A stretch of DNA of 64,000 nucleotides from Alphaproteobacteria bacterium (GTDB taxonomy: Bacteria > Pseudomonadota > Alphaproteobacteria > MPNO01 > UBA830). This document shows positions 53,233 through 63,622 of the stretch, one piece after another. The position numbers were made by a program, and so were the translations under genes. The stretch is from positions 352,001 through 416,000 of the forward strand of contig OZ219791.1 of the NCBI GenBank assembly GCA_964291215.2. Reading direction: 5' to 3'. Under the pieces are notes generated by a model. The model saw nothing but the letters and a program-made list of their open reading frames with translations. It did no database searches and was not told where the DNA came from. The number at the start of each line of letters is the position of its first letter. The stretch's first letter is position 1.

Positions 53233-54321
53233 GGCCTGTTCTCCGATCCTGTTCCGAAATTCCGCCGCCATCGGCCGAAGGTGCATCCGTCGTCGAAGGG
53301 CTGGCGGACATTTCGTTGAGGATGCCGTCGTGAATCCCGCGATCCGAGACCTGCAGGCGGCCGGCCGGCCATGCGCGATCGATCGCCTCGAGAATCGCCA
53401 GGCCCGGCACCACGAGTTCAGCCCGATCGGGGCGGACGCATGGGTGCGCCGCATGCGCGGCGATGCTTTGGGGCACCATCTCCCGGCGCAGGCGTCGAAC
53501 CGTCGCAAAGTCGAGCCGGCTGCCATCGATCCGCGCACGATCGAAGCACTGAAGGCCCAAACCCACGGCAGCGACCGTGGTGACCGCGCCGCCTGTTCCT
53601 ATCATTCCGGCGGCACCCTTCTCGATTTTGCGGCGAACGCCGAATTCCCCCTCGAACGATTCCAACAGGGCGGCCACGGACCGGACGACGGCCCCGTATC
53701 GTTCCCGATCAAACCCCAGATCCCGAAAGCCGTCCCGCAGAAGGGCCACGCCGTACGGCAGCGATATCCAGCCGGCCAGTTCGGAGCCGTCGCCGGAACA
53801 CTGGCGCACCCAGGCCAGCTCTACGCTGCCGGCGCCGATGTCGAACACCAGCGCGTTCTTCCATGCAGGGTCCATATGCGGGGCGCAGGCCACCATCACG
53901 AGCCTGACCTCTTCGCGTGGATCGTCTCGAGCGCAATGCCGGCCTCGGCCCGCGCACGTTCGACGAACGCGTCGCGATTGCGAGCAACCCGGACCGCTTC
54001 GGTAGCGACACAACGCGCGTGAGCCACCCCTCGCGCGGCCAGCCGCGCCGCACAGGCGCCCAGCGCCTCGATCGCGCGCTCCATCGCGGCGGCCGCAAGA
54101 CAACCCGTCTCGCCGAGACCCTCGCCAAGACGGACGGTCCGGGAAAACCGCTCGACGACCCTGAATCCCCAGTCTTCGGTCACCGCGATCACGAGGTGAC
54201 AACTGTGGGTGCCAAGGTCGAGCACGGCGACCGGAACGCCGTCCCGGCCAGCCGGGCCGCAACCGGCGGCGACCTCCCCACCGGCCCCTTCGGAGGCATC
54301 GACAACTGGCGAGAGCGACAT
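53222..54321 (-). pseudogene. ppx: Ppx/GppA phosphatase family gene with one frameshift near 53920
   Basis: N-half DLGTHSC and ATEA.R in one frame; C-half EEVRL, DIGAGS.E and DRGI..G in another. Confidence 0.8.
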
Positions 54322-54950
54322 AACCTCTACACTGTTTCCAGCTCGGCCCCTGCCGGCAAACGCCGGCCACGTCATGCAGCAGGCGAGGCCCACGGCTTTC
54401 CACCGTGACAGCATGGCCGGATGCGCCGATGGTCGCGACAAGCTGGATCGGCTTCGCCACGGCCGGGAACGGTCGCCGGCAGGTTTCCAGCCCGATTCAT
54501 ACCACAAGCCCCTTCGACAGCCGAATTCGCAAGGAGAATCCGTGATCGTGGGCGTCCGCCGTGTCCGATTGTCCGGGCCTGCCTACAGCTCCGCGGGGTT
54601 TTGCGCCTCCCGTACGCGCGGCGATGCCCGGGCACAGGATGATCTTACGCTAAATTCAGACATCCTGACCTCGGCTTTGATTGCTTCGAATCAGGGTGAT
54701 GCTTCTGGGCCGAGTTTGCGTGCGTTGTCTGGCGGTTCATAGATCATGCAGAGGCCGGTTCCGGAGCTTCTTCACCACCCGCTGCACGGTCGCGCGGCTC
54801 ACGCCGCCTGCAGGTCTCTTTGAGGTTCCGATCTGGACGGCTTCAGGAGGGTGCATCGCGAGCGTGTTCATGGCCTGGGCCATCCAATTCTAGGCATCAT
54901 GGTATGATGAATCGTCGCGCGGCTATGTTGTAAAGCAAAAACCCGGAAAA

Positions 54951-56190
54951 GCGATTACGCAACCTGATGTCTGGAAATTGTCGAGAAGCTCTCAGTCATC
55001 GAGCTGTTCCCATTTTATGTATGCCTTGGTTTCGGTTTCCCATTTTTCGTCGATGAGGACCGCGGTTGAGAGGCGCTCCAACGAGGCGAGGTTCGGAAAG
55101 ACCCTGACTTTGGAGGTGCGCCGCTTGAGCTCTTGCTGGATCGGCCGCTCGATACCGTTCGAGGTTCGCATACGTTTGCGGTGAGCATCGGGCAAGGTGA
55201 AGACAGCGAGCCCCGCATTCTTTTCCAGCCAGGAAGCTTGGATGCTTGTCGCGATAGCTGGCCACGAGGGCGCCCAGTTCAGCCTCGGCGGCTTGGAGTG
55301 AGGAGGCGTGGCTCCGAGCTGTTTTCCAATACGTTTCCTGATGTCGTTGTTCGGTGCACGGCGTTTTGCGCCAGGTGGAACTGGCAGCGCTGCCACGTCG
55401 CCGCGCCCAGCACCGCGCGTCGTGCCGCTTTCAGCCCGGCATCCGAGACGATGAAGGTCGTACCATGCAGGGCTAGCAAGCTTTCCAGGAAGGCTCTCCA
55501 ATGGACCTCGGCCTCGGAGAGCGCCACAGAGAGCCCCAGAACGTGCCTGCAGCCCCTATTCCAATGGCCGAGAGTACTGCGACATCGCGCACAACGCCGT
55601 CATGGCGGGCTTTTTCGTAGCGCGCATCCAGGATCAGGTATTTCATCAGGGGCCGGTTGCGCGGCGAGTTCTTCGTCGAGCAACCTGGTGGCCCGGCTGA
55701 CCTGAGAAGAGGACAGGCTCCCGAACTCGCGCATTACATCCTGCCGTGTGGAAACACCCTTGATGTACATCTCGGCTACGGCGCGAGAAGATCGCTGTCC
55801 GCGTTCAAGCGACTGGGGGGTCGTCCCCGTGACCGTTTGGCACCTGAACGGTAACAGTGGGGGTGTCGATCCGCTTGTAGCCGTTGGCATAGCCCTGTCG
55901 CTCCGGCGTCCGGTGGCCCGCTTTCAAGTGCTGCTCGCGCTCGATTTGCATCGCAAGCTCGAAGAGCTGGCCAAAGACCCGCCCCAGATCCGTTGCTCCG
56001 TTTGCGATCAGATGTTCCAAAACGGCCTCAATCGTCGTAGTGTGTCGCAGGTCCATTCGCTTCCTCCATGAAGGTTTACAGCTCCATGGGATAGCACGAT
56101 GGCGCCGCGTTTCACTGGGGGGCTAGCCCCCAGTGAAACGCCTCAAAGCGCAAACCTCAGACAAATTTCCAGACATCAATTTACAGTACC
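54951..56190 (-). mobile_element. IS256-family element (degenerate)
   Basis: IRs share TGATGTCTGGAAATT; CCGGAAAA flanks both sides; GYANGY, EMY.KGVSTR, WQRCQFH and RTSN.IER fragments. Confidence 0.85.
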
Positions 56191-56514
56191 GGAAAATCCG
56201 TTTATTGTATTTAAAAAACTTTATAAGTACGTATCAATTCAAATCAAGAGCTCAGGACATATGAAATTTTGTTTGATTTTTCAAAACAACGCTTGATTTT
56301 TTAAGGAAAACGGGTTGGTGCGGGAGATTTTTTTACAGTTTTCGCTGACTTTCCTGCACTGGAGTTGTCATGGTGCGGGGATGTCGGTTCACAAGCACAT
56401 TGCGTCCTGTCCGATTCACGTCGCAGCTCCGGAAGGGTCTGTCCGAGAATCCATGTTTCCTGGCAAGGTTTTTGCGGGTGTCTGCGGTGATGTTTTCTGT
56501 GGTTGTCCACAAGC

Positions 56515-56905
56515 GGTGTGGGGTTTGCTCTGCGAGCGAGGCGATATGAAGCTTGTGGTCCCGGCGGCGGGTTGCCGTCCATTGGTCACGTGAACGCGGC
56601 TACCTTGCCGTCCCCGGGCACGTGACCGTCCGGGTTCTAGGTGTCCCGTCCACAAGCCGCGCGGCGTCTCCTCGATGTCGGCCTCGACGATGATCTGCAG
56701 ATGTTCTTCCCAAGTCGTGTCGTAGAGGGAGGCTGTCGAGACAGTCCCGATAGTGCTCCTGCACCGCACCGAGCCACCGCATCGCACCAGCGTTGCGCAC
56801 GGGCACCAGCGTTGCGCACGGGAACGATGGGGCTTTCGGTGGTGGAGGTGGGGGCCTTGCGGCGCGCGGCGCTGCCTCTCGGCAGGGCCGTGTCTCCTTC
56901 GCTCA
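56515..56905 (-). pseudogene. Probable ISKra4-like transposase fragment containing a 19-bp tandem duplication
   Basis: GTVS..LYD...E.L-like fragment; GCACCAGCGTTGCGCACGG twice at 56784-56821. Confidence 0.35.
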
Positions 56906-56906
56906 C

Positions 56907-57830
56907 TCACCGGTGCTTCAGGCAACGCTGCTGTCGCAGCAAGGTGTTCGCCAGAGCTTGCGCATCACGGCGACAATCGCGACTTTGTGGGCCTTGCCGG
57001 CAGTCTTGAGGCGCACCAGGTCCGCGTTGAAGCGTGCCGGTTGCGGCCAGGAGATCACGTGGCCTTCGGCGCCCGCCACGGATGTGCCGAGCACCGTGGT
57101 CGTTGGCGCCACCCAGATCAAGGCTGCCGACGCTGCCGAGTTCGGGCATCCAGAAGGGCCGCGGCGGTCACCGGATCGAGGTCAGGATGGCGTACCTCTG
57201 CTCGGGATCACCGCTTTGATCGCCGCACCGGCAATGCGGTCATCGAGATCGGCCGCTGAGGCCCTTGTGACGGTCTCGCCATCCTCCTCATCTGCCACGC
57301 GTCGACAAGCGCGGCACCAGGAGATCCTCCAGGCTCTTGAGGAAGGCGGAGCCACAGGCTCAAGATCGCCCAGCCGATCTTGGCGTCGACGCGGTTGGCC
57401 CATCGCCTCGGCGAAGCGCCCGCAACGGGTTGACGAGAATAACCTTGAAGCCCCGGTCATGAAGACACTGGTGAACCTTGCGGTGATAGCGGCCTGTCGC
57501 CCACCACCCGGCTCACCCCGAGGCCACGAAGCCACCTGCCCGTGGCGTCGTTCGCAAAACAATGCGCCAGATGTCCAGACTGGCTGACCCCTGCTACTAT
57601 CTTGACCATCGTCCCTTGCTCCTCGCCTTACGATGATACGGGTTCAAACCCAAGCATCCATGCGAGGGACGTCAAGGGAGGTTGGCCGACCACACTCGGA
57701 CACGGCCCTGTCAAGGTCGAAACGGCAACCTCCGCGGAGATCGTTTGACCCCCTGTGCGTGTTCGCTCAGGGGAGCGGAATCTCTCTGCAACCATAGCTC
57801 TCCCACAGATCCACATTTTCCCGCCCCCAA
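56907..57830 (-). mobile_element. IS110-family recombinase remnant with upstream non-coding end
   Basis: AGKAHKVAIVAVMRKL C-terminal motif and RFAEAMG fragment; ~250-nt non-coding 5' region. Confidence 0.7.
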
Positions 57831-57858
57831 CTGCTGTGGATGATTTCATCATCAAGGG

Positions 57859-57949
57859 GTAACTGCTCACCCCCTGGTTCCGGCTTGATGTCGGGGTAGA
57901 GTAACGAACGGGTTTACGTGGAGATTTGACATTGCAGGCCGATTCGCTT
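57859..57949 (+). mobile_element. Solo IS66 left end matching copies A and B
   Basis: GTAACTGCTCACCCCCTGG...GCCGATTCGCTT; about 4 mismatches over 91 bp against copy B; includes TTGACA. Confidence 0.9.
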
Positions 57950-58728
57950 CGGGTGTGACGGTAAAACTCCGAACGGAGTCGAGATCGGGCGAGGTTGCCC
58001 TGCACACCACCATCGCCTGAAACGCCGGCGTCACAAGGGACGGGAGCCGTCGCGGCGATTGAGCGAGACGACCGGTCCGCGATCTTCGAGCGCGTTCCGC
58101 GTTGTCGTTCGGTCGCAGAGGTAACAGAACGCGGCGCGGCGTGCAAACGGCGGAGGGCAGTCTTCACACATGGCGCACCGGAGCCGGCGGCGTTACCTCG
58201 GCGACACGGGCGCCGCCGCACATGTTCCGCGGAGCCGAAGGACGCCGCGCACATGTTACCGCGATACAGGCGTGCTGGACGAAAGCGGGGCTGTTCAGGG
58301 TGATCGCGTGCTGCTCACACATTGCCGCAGACGCAGACGGGGATGGCGCACCCGTTACCGCGGCGTCAGCCGCGCGGGTGCGGTGACGGTTGCGATAGCC
58401 GTTGCGATCGGAGGCGCCGACGGCGGCGCCTGCACGACTGCGGGCATCGGTGCGAAGCACGGTGTGAAGCACGGTGTCGTGCCGGTCCGGCAGCAGCGCC
58501 GGCAGTGGGCGGGTCAGCGGTGCCGGCGGCCCTGCGCCGGGGTCGGCGCCGCAACGGCGAGCGGCGAGCGACAGCGAGACCCCGGACCGCAGTCCGGGGC
58601 AGGCTCCGCACGGGCGCGGCGCGAAGCGCGCGCGAGGTGTCGGCGGCGCAGCGCGACGGGTGTGCGCATACGGAGACGGACCGCGCCGCCGCCGGAGCGG
58701 AGACGACGCGGCCCGTGGGTGCTGCGTG

Positions 58729-59655
58729 TCAGGCGGGGCAGCGCATGACCGGGATGCCGAGGCTGCGGGCCTTGTCGACGAGGTTTTCGGTGATGCCGGA
58801 GCCGGGGAAGGCGATAACGCCCCTGGGCAGGAGGTTGAGCAGTTCGTCGTTGCGGCGGAACGGTGCGGCGCGACCGTGGCGGTCCCAGTCGGGCTTGCAG
58901 ACGACCTGGTGGACGCCGTTGCGCTCGGCCCAGCGCGCCGCGATCTTCTCGACGCCGGGGCCGCCGCCGTGGACGAGGACGAGGTCGGCATACTTGGCGC
59001 GGGCCTGGTCGAGCCTGGCGATCACCGCGGCCGGGTCGGCGACGTCCTTGCCGCCGGCGATGGCGACGAGGGTGCCCTGCGGCAGGTGCGCCATGGTCGC
59101 GCGGTCCTTTCGGGCACGGACGAAGTCGCGGGCGTCGATGGCGGCGCTGGTGAGCGTGCCGGTCTGGCTGGCGTGGCTGCCGTGCCGGGGCCGCCACATG
59201 TCGCCGGTCTCTTCGCGGTAGGCGTGCGCGGCGGTGTTGCGCATCTTCTCGAAGGCGTCGCGCCGGTCTCCGAGGTTCTGCGCGCGGTCGGTGACGAGCT
59301 CCAGGTCGCGGGACTTGATCTCGGTGCCGTCCTGCTCGCGCTGGAGGTCGCGCAGGTCCGGGCTGAGCCGGTCGACGCTGCGGTCGAGGCGGCGGCTCTG
59401 TGCGTGGAGCATGTTGACGAAGCCCCACAGCAGGCTCTCGCGTTCGTCGGCGAGCTGGGTGCCGTCGGGGCAGGCGCCTTCGGCGAGGATGCGGAAGGCC
59501 TCGCCGATTGCGGTCAGCGCATCGTCCTCGTCCCAGACCTCGCGGGGGTCGAGCTCGTCGCGCTCGGGGGTGGCGCCGTAGAGGGCGGCGTGTTCGCAGA
59601 CGGTTGCGGTTGCGGACTGTCCGGCGGTCTCGACGGTGTCGGTATCGAAGGTCAT
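58729..59655 (-). CDS. DUF2493 (YspA/SLOG-related) plasmid protein
   Basis: LWGFVN..H, W.PR.GS, LVHGG..GVE.IAA.WA, AAPFRRND and FPGSGI..NL.DKAR motifs; AAGGAG RBS. Confidence 0.85.
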   Translation of the reverse strand: MTFDTDTVETAGQSATATVCEHAALYGATPERDELDPREVWDEDDALTAIGEAFRILAEGACPDGTQLADERESLLWGFVNMLHAQSRRLDRSVDRLSPDLRDLQREQDGTEIKSRDLELVTDRAQNLGDRRDAFEKMRNTAAHAYREETGDMWRPRHGSHASQTGTLTSAAIDARDFVRARKDRATMAHLPQGTLVAIAGGKDVADPAAVIARLDQARAKYADLVLVHGGGPGVEKIAARWAERNGVHQVVCKPDWDRHGRAAPFRRNDELLNLLPRGVIAFPGSGITENLVDKARSLGIPVMRCPA

Positions 59656-60050
59656 GACGATCTCCTTGCGATCGGGTTGCACGTTCGGGGCCGATCCCCG
59701 CTGTGATGTCCTGTTGGGTCACGCGCGCGCAACGGAAGCACCTGGGCCTGGAAGCTCTTGGGGCGGAGTGGTGCGGAAGATCGCGTTCGCACCGCCGATG
59801 CCAGGCGTGCTCGGCCTCTGACACGCGATCTTCACGGTCGCCGGCTTTCACGGTCCGCCCCTAGAGCTTCTTGCCCAGGCCGCAGGGAGCGCAGCGACCG
59901 GAGGACCCCGAAGGGGTTGCTGGAGAGAGCACGTGTGGCACAATGGGACAGCACAGCGGGGTGGCGTATTTCTCTGGCCCTGCACGGACCCCATCGGCGG
60001 TTCGGCCCGGCACGGCGCCGGGAAGGATTTCCGGCCCTGCCGTTTTTGCG

Positions 60051-60278
60051 TCAGTTCCACAGGGGATGGGAGTCGACCCGCTGCCGGGCGGTCTCGCGGA
60101 TGCGGGCGCGGTCGTGGAGATAGACGGGGCCGCGCGGGTCTTCGTCGAGGTGTATGGCGAACACCCTGCGCCCCGGCCGGGTGCTGTCGTCGAAGGCGTG
60201 GACGTCTCCGACATGGTCGCCGTCCCGGTAGATGCGGGATTCGTCGGGGGCGATGCGGCGGAAGGAGATGGTGCTCAT
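60051..60278 (-). CDS. Hypothetical protein (75 aa)
   Basis: GGAGA RBS, MSTISFRRIAPDE..., high-GC codon usage. Confidence 0.65.
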   Translation of the reverse strand: MSTISFRRIAPDESRIYRDGDHVGDVHAFDDSTRPGRRVFAIHLDEDPRGPVYLHDRARIRETARQRVDSHPLWN

Positions 60279-60405
60279 CGGGTTCTCCGGGTAGCGTGAC
60301 GGGTGCGCGAGCGGACTCCCTCTCCTCCTCGCACGGTTCACCCGCTTTCCAGCCTCGCTCCCACTCCCGTATGCGCCGCGGCGAGACTCGAACCTGCCCG
60401 CATGA

Positions 60406-60437
60406 GAAAAGGGCCGACGCGCGAGGCGCCGGCCCTG
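60406..60437 (-). terminator. Rho-independent terminator downstream of ssb
   Basis: Minus strand reads AGGGCCGGCGC-CTCGC-GCGTCGGCCCT-TTT. Confidence 0.7.
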
Positions 60438-60460
60438 TGGGGAGGGAAGAACGGGAAGCT

Positions 60461-60889
60461 CTAGAACGGGATCTGATCCTTATCCATCGGGTCGCCGCCG
60501 GCCGCGTCCGGGCCGGGCTGCGCGGCGTTGCCGTTCGCCTTGTCGAGGAACTGGACGCGCCCGCCGGGCACGAGCAGGATCTCGGTCGAGAAGCGGTCGC
60601 CGTCCTCGCCCGGCTTCGACCAGCGCCGGGTCTGGAGCTTGCCGTCGATGTAGACCAGCCGGCCCTTCGTGGCGTGCCTGGCGAGCATGTCGATCAGCCC
60701 GTCCTGGAAGGTCACGACCCGGTGCCACTCGGTCCTGTCGATCCGCTCGCCGCTGCCGTTCCGGTCGATGTAGCTCTCGTCGGTGGCAACGCTCAGATTG
60801 GCGACGCGGCCGCCGTTCTGCAGGTGGTTGATGGTGACGTCCGCGCCGAGGCGGCCGATGATCTGCACCTTGTTCAATCCGAAACTCAT
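60461..60889 (-). CDS. ssb: Single-stranded DNA-binding protein (plasmid type)
   Basis: NKVQIIGRLG.D, TEWHRVV, KG.LVYI.GKLQTR.W and a C-terminal IPF tail. Confidence 0.95.
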   Translation of the reverse strand: MSFGLNKVQIIGRLGADVTINHLQNGGRVANLSVATDESYIDRNGSGERIDRTEWHRVVTFQDGLIDMLARHATKGRLVYIDGKLQTRRWSKPGEDGDRFSTEILLVPGGRVQFLDKANGNAAQPGPDAAGGDPMDKDQIPF

Positions 60890-60981
60890 TGCGATACTCC
60901 TTCAGGTTCGCGTTGATGACGATGGGTTGCGAACAACCGGGGCCGGGGTCACTCCCCCGAACCCCCGACCGTTCAATCTCT

Positions 60982-61238
60982 TCAGGCCCTCCTCCACCTC
61001 CGGTTCGCCGGAGGGAGCGACGCCGCCGGGTTCCGGGGCTCCGCCGGGTCCTGGAGGGACATCCCGAACGCCGGTTCCGGGAAGAGGCTCGCGAAGCCGT
61101 GTTCCGGACAGGCCGCGCCCCGGTCGGGACAGCGGATGGCGCGCTCGTCCTCGGCGATCTCGCGGACGGTGCGACGCCGAGTTCGGCGAGCAGGTCGCAG
61201 CCAAGCGGAAGGTCGAGGGATGTATCGGGATGAAACAT
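60982..61238 (-). pseudogene. Small hypothetical gene, probably frameshifted
   Basis: GAGGAG RBS followed by MFHPDTSLDLPLGCDLLAELGV; plausible continuation VREIAEDERAIRCP lies in another frame. Confidence 0.45.
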
Positions 61239-61429
61239 GGGCGGGGTCTCCTCTGCCGTTGCCCTGCCCGGCGACCTGTGCCGGACATCGATCCGGCATC
61301 GGCGGGGAGTCCTCTCCTCCGCCCTGCCGGACACTCGCCCGGCAGGCGCTTTACTCCTCTCCACGACACAGGGACGGCGCGGCGGATCGCGGCCAGGCGA
61401 GCGCCGCCATCGCCGCCCGGGACAGCATG

Positions 61430-62449
61430 TCAGGTCCAGGCGGTGAAGGAGGCGGTGACGGGGGCGTCGGCGACGATCTCGACGCGGTTGCGGTCGAGCT
61501 TCCCGAAGGCGAGGCAGAGGGCGACATCGGCCGGATCGTCGAACGGACCGTGCTCGCGGCCGGTCTCCAGTTCGATCACGGTCCAGACCGGCTCGTGGAC
61601 CGGGATGCCCCTGAAATGCGCCGAGCCTTGATACGACCTCTCGGCACAGGGCGCACAGCGCGCCGCCCCCTGTGACGGCGCCCCGCAGGCCGTGCACAGG
61701 CCGGCGGCCCGACGCCGGGCGTACAACTGCCGCGAGCGCGCGTTCTTGCGCTCCGGGTTGTGGCTGGCTTCCTCGATGGCGGCGCAGGGGCCGCAGCGCG
61801 AGAGGCCGGCCGGCTGCCCGCAGCGTGTGCAACGGCCCGCGGCCCTGCGTTCGTCATATTGCCGCCGTTCCGCCGCCTGCCTCCTGTCCCGGCAGGGCTG
61901 GCAGGTGGTTCCGCCCTCGACGGGGGGACGCTTGCCGCAGCGGATGCAGAGGCCGGCCCCGGCCCTTGCCTTCTGGCGGCGCCTGCTCTTGAGGCGGGCG
62001 GCCTTGCGTTTCGCCTCCGCATTGGCGCCGCCATAGGGCAGCCCGGCGGCCTTGCCGGCGGCGTAGCGGGCGCGGTCGTCGGCGCGGCGTTTCTCCAGGC
62101 ACGGCTCGCACGACGCGCGGCCATCGGCGGCCGGCTGCTTGCCGCAGCGGGTGCAGAGGCCTTTGGCGGCCCTTTGTTCCCTCTTGCTGCGGGTGCGCTG
62201 GCGCTCGGACTGCCGGACGGTTTCGGGGTCCCTTCGCGGCATGCCCGCGGCGCGCGGGCGGGCATCGCGGGCGCGGCCGGCGCGGTTGCGCTTGGCGGCG
62301 CACCCGGCGCAGACGCTGCGCCCCGGCGCGGGCGGGACCTTGCCGCAGCGCGGACACAGGTCTTGGGCGATACGCGATGCGGTGCGCCGGGCGATACGCT
62401 CGCGGTCGCGGGCCTTGCGGACTTCCGGGTTGCGGCAAGCCATGGCCAT
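61430..62449 (-). CDS. Arg-rich protein with five tandem CxxC-x(8-11)-CxxC Zn-ribbon repeats
   Basis: CPRC/CAGC, CTRC/CEPC, CIRC/CQPC, CTRC/CGPC and CTAC/CAPC; GGGAGA RBS before ATG 62449. Confidence 0.8.
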   Translation of the reverse strand: MAMACRNPEVRKARDRERIARRTASRIAQDLCPRCGKVPPAPGRSVCAGCAAKRNRAGRARDARPRAAGMPRRDPETVRQSERQRTRSKREQRAAKGLCTRCGKQPAADGRASCEPCLEKRRADDRARYAAGKAAGLPYGGANAEAKRKAARLKSRRRQKARAGAGLCIRCGKRPPVEGGTTCQPCRDRRQAAERRQYDERRAAGRCTRCGQPAGLSRCGPCAAIEEASHNPERKNARSRQLYARRRAAGLCTACGAPSQGAARCAPCAERSYQGSAHFRGIPVHEPVWTVIELETGREHGPFDDPADVALCLAFGKLDRNRVEIVADAPVTASFTAWT

Positions 62450-62529
62450 TCTCCCGGTGGATGATGCGGGGTCGGGCAGGAGACGCCCGGCCGGCGGCGG
62501 GCCGGCCGGACGTCCGGCGAGGCGGGCGG

Positions 62530-62859
62530 TCAGCCGCGCTGGCGGCGGTCGATGCCGAAGCCCATGGCGTGGACGCCCCAGTACTGCACCCCGCCGCGGG
62601 AGCGCAGGCCGGTACACACGATGATCTCGTTGCGCGCCGGGCGCATCTCCTTCACTGCCTTCAGCGTGGCGGTGGCCGGCTTCGCGCCGCGCCGGGCGCC
62701 CTTCGGGGCGGTGTCGTCATGGCAACGGCGAATGTCGCCGTCCACCATGGCGCGAAAGCGTTCGACGGCGTATCGTTCGCCGTCCTTCAGGCCGCCGTTG
62801 AAGAAGTGGATGAGGAAGGTTGTGTCGGTGTTGCCGGGCCTCGGGATTGCGGATGTCAT
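62530..62859 (-). CDS. Hypothetical protein (109 aa)
   Basis: GGAGG RBS, high-GC codon usage, co-oriented with the array. Confidence 0.65.
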   Translation of the reverse strand: MTSAIPRPGNTDTTFLIHFFNGGLKDGERYAVERFRAMVDGDIRRCHDDTAPKGARRGAKPATATLKAVKEMRPARNEIIVCTGLRSRGGVQYWGVHAMGFGIDRRQRG

Positions 62860-63243
62860 GGGGAGCGCCTCCGTCGTGTCGGGACTTCAGGACAGCGGCG
62901 GAGACCCTCTCCCGGACCCCCCGCCCGCCGCCCCGCTCACGGCCACACCCGACCTCCCGGCGGTGCGCCGCGTGCGGACGCCAGCGGCTTCAACCGCACC
63001 GCACAACCCGGCCACGCGCCGCCTCGGCGACCGGGCCCCCGCCTCCCCCAACCGCGCCGAATTCTGGAATCGGGTCGACGATGAATGCACCGCCGGAGCC
63101 TGCCGCCGCGCTCCGATCGACAGCGGTGCTTCCCGCGCCGTCGCACAGGATCGCGTATCGGCGGGTTGCAGGAACGGATATCGGACAGACTTGCTTGACG
63201 GCAAGAGGGTTCCGAAATGATCTCCTACCCCTTACCCGGCCAG

Positions 63244-63622
63244 CTAAATCCCTGGGATGTAACCGAACGCTGACTTAACTATTGAACTAAAAATGCCGAC
63301 GACAATCGCCGCGAGTGCAACACGGTGCCGTGTAGCGCGGTCTTTATTTTCCTCCAATATGTTTACCGGAAAAGCCCACTTCAAGTATCCAAATAACGCC
63401 CGATAAATCAGGAGAGATATTCCCATTCCGTATATATAAAAGGCCACACGGAAGGACGAGTGATCGCCATCATTTGGAAGAAAGTAGTCAGCGTACACAG
63501 TAACCCAATACAATGCATATGGTGGCGCAAGGAACCAAAGTCCTACAGGGTGCAAGTCCGGTATGGCTATCGTAACCGGTTGATATATTGAGATTTTGCC
63601 TTTGTTTCGGGTTCCCGATTAC
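63244..63622 (-). pseudogene. 3' part of a low-GC membrane protein gene truncated by an IS
   Basis: Three hydrophobic segments; the frame stays open up to the IS boundary near 63623. Confidence 0.6.

Noticed and set aside
54645-54950. Possible IS630/HTH fragment (GVSRATVQRVVKK)
   Set aside because: Too degraded to define ends or family.
58514-59851. 445-aa and 410-aa ORFs overlapping DUF2493
   Set aside because: Alternative-frame and antisense shadows without motifs.
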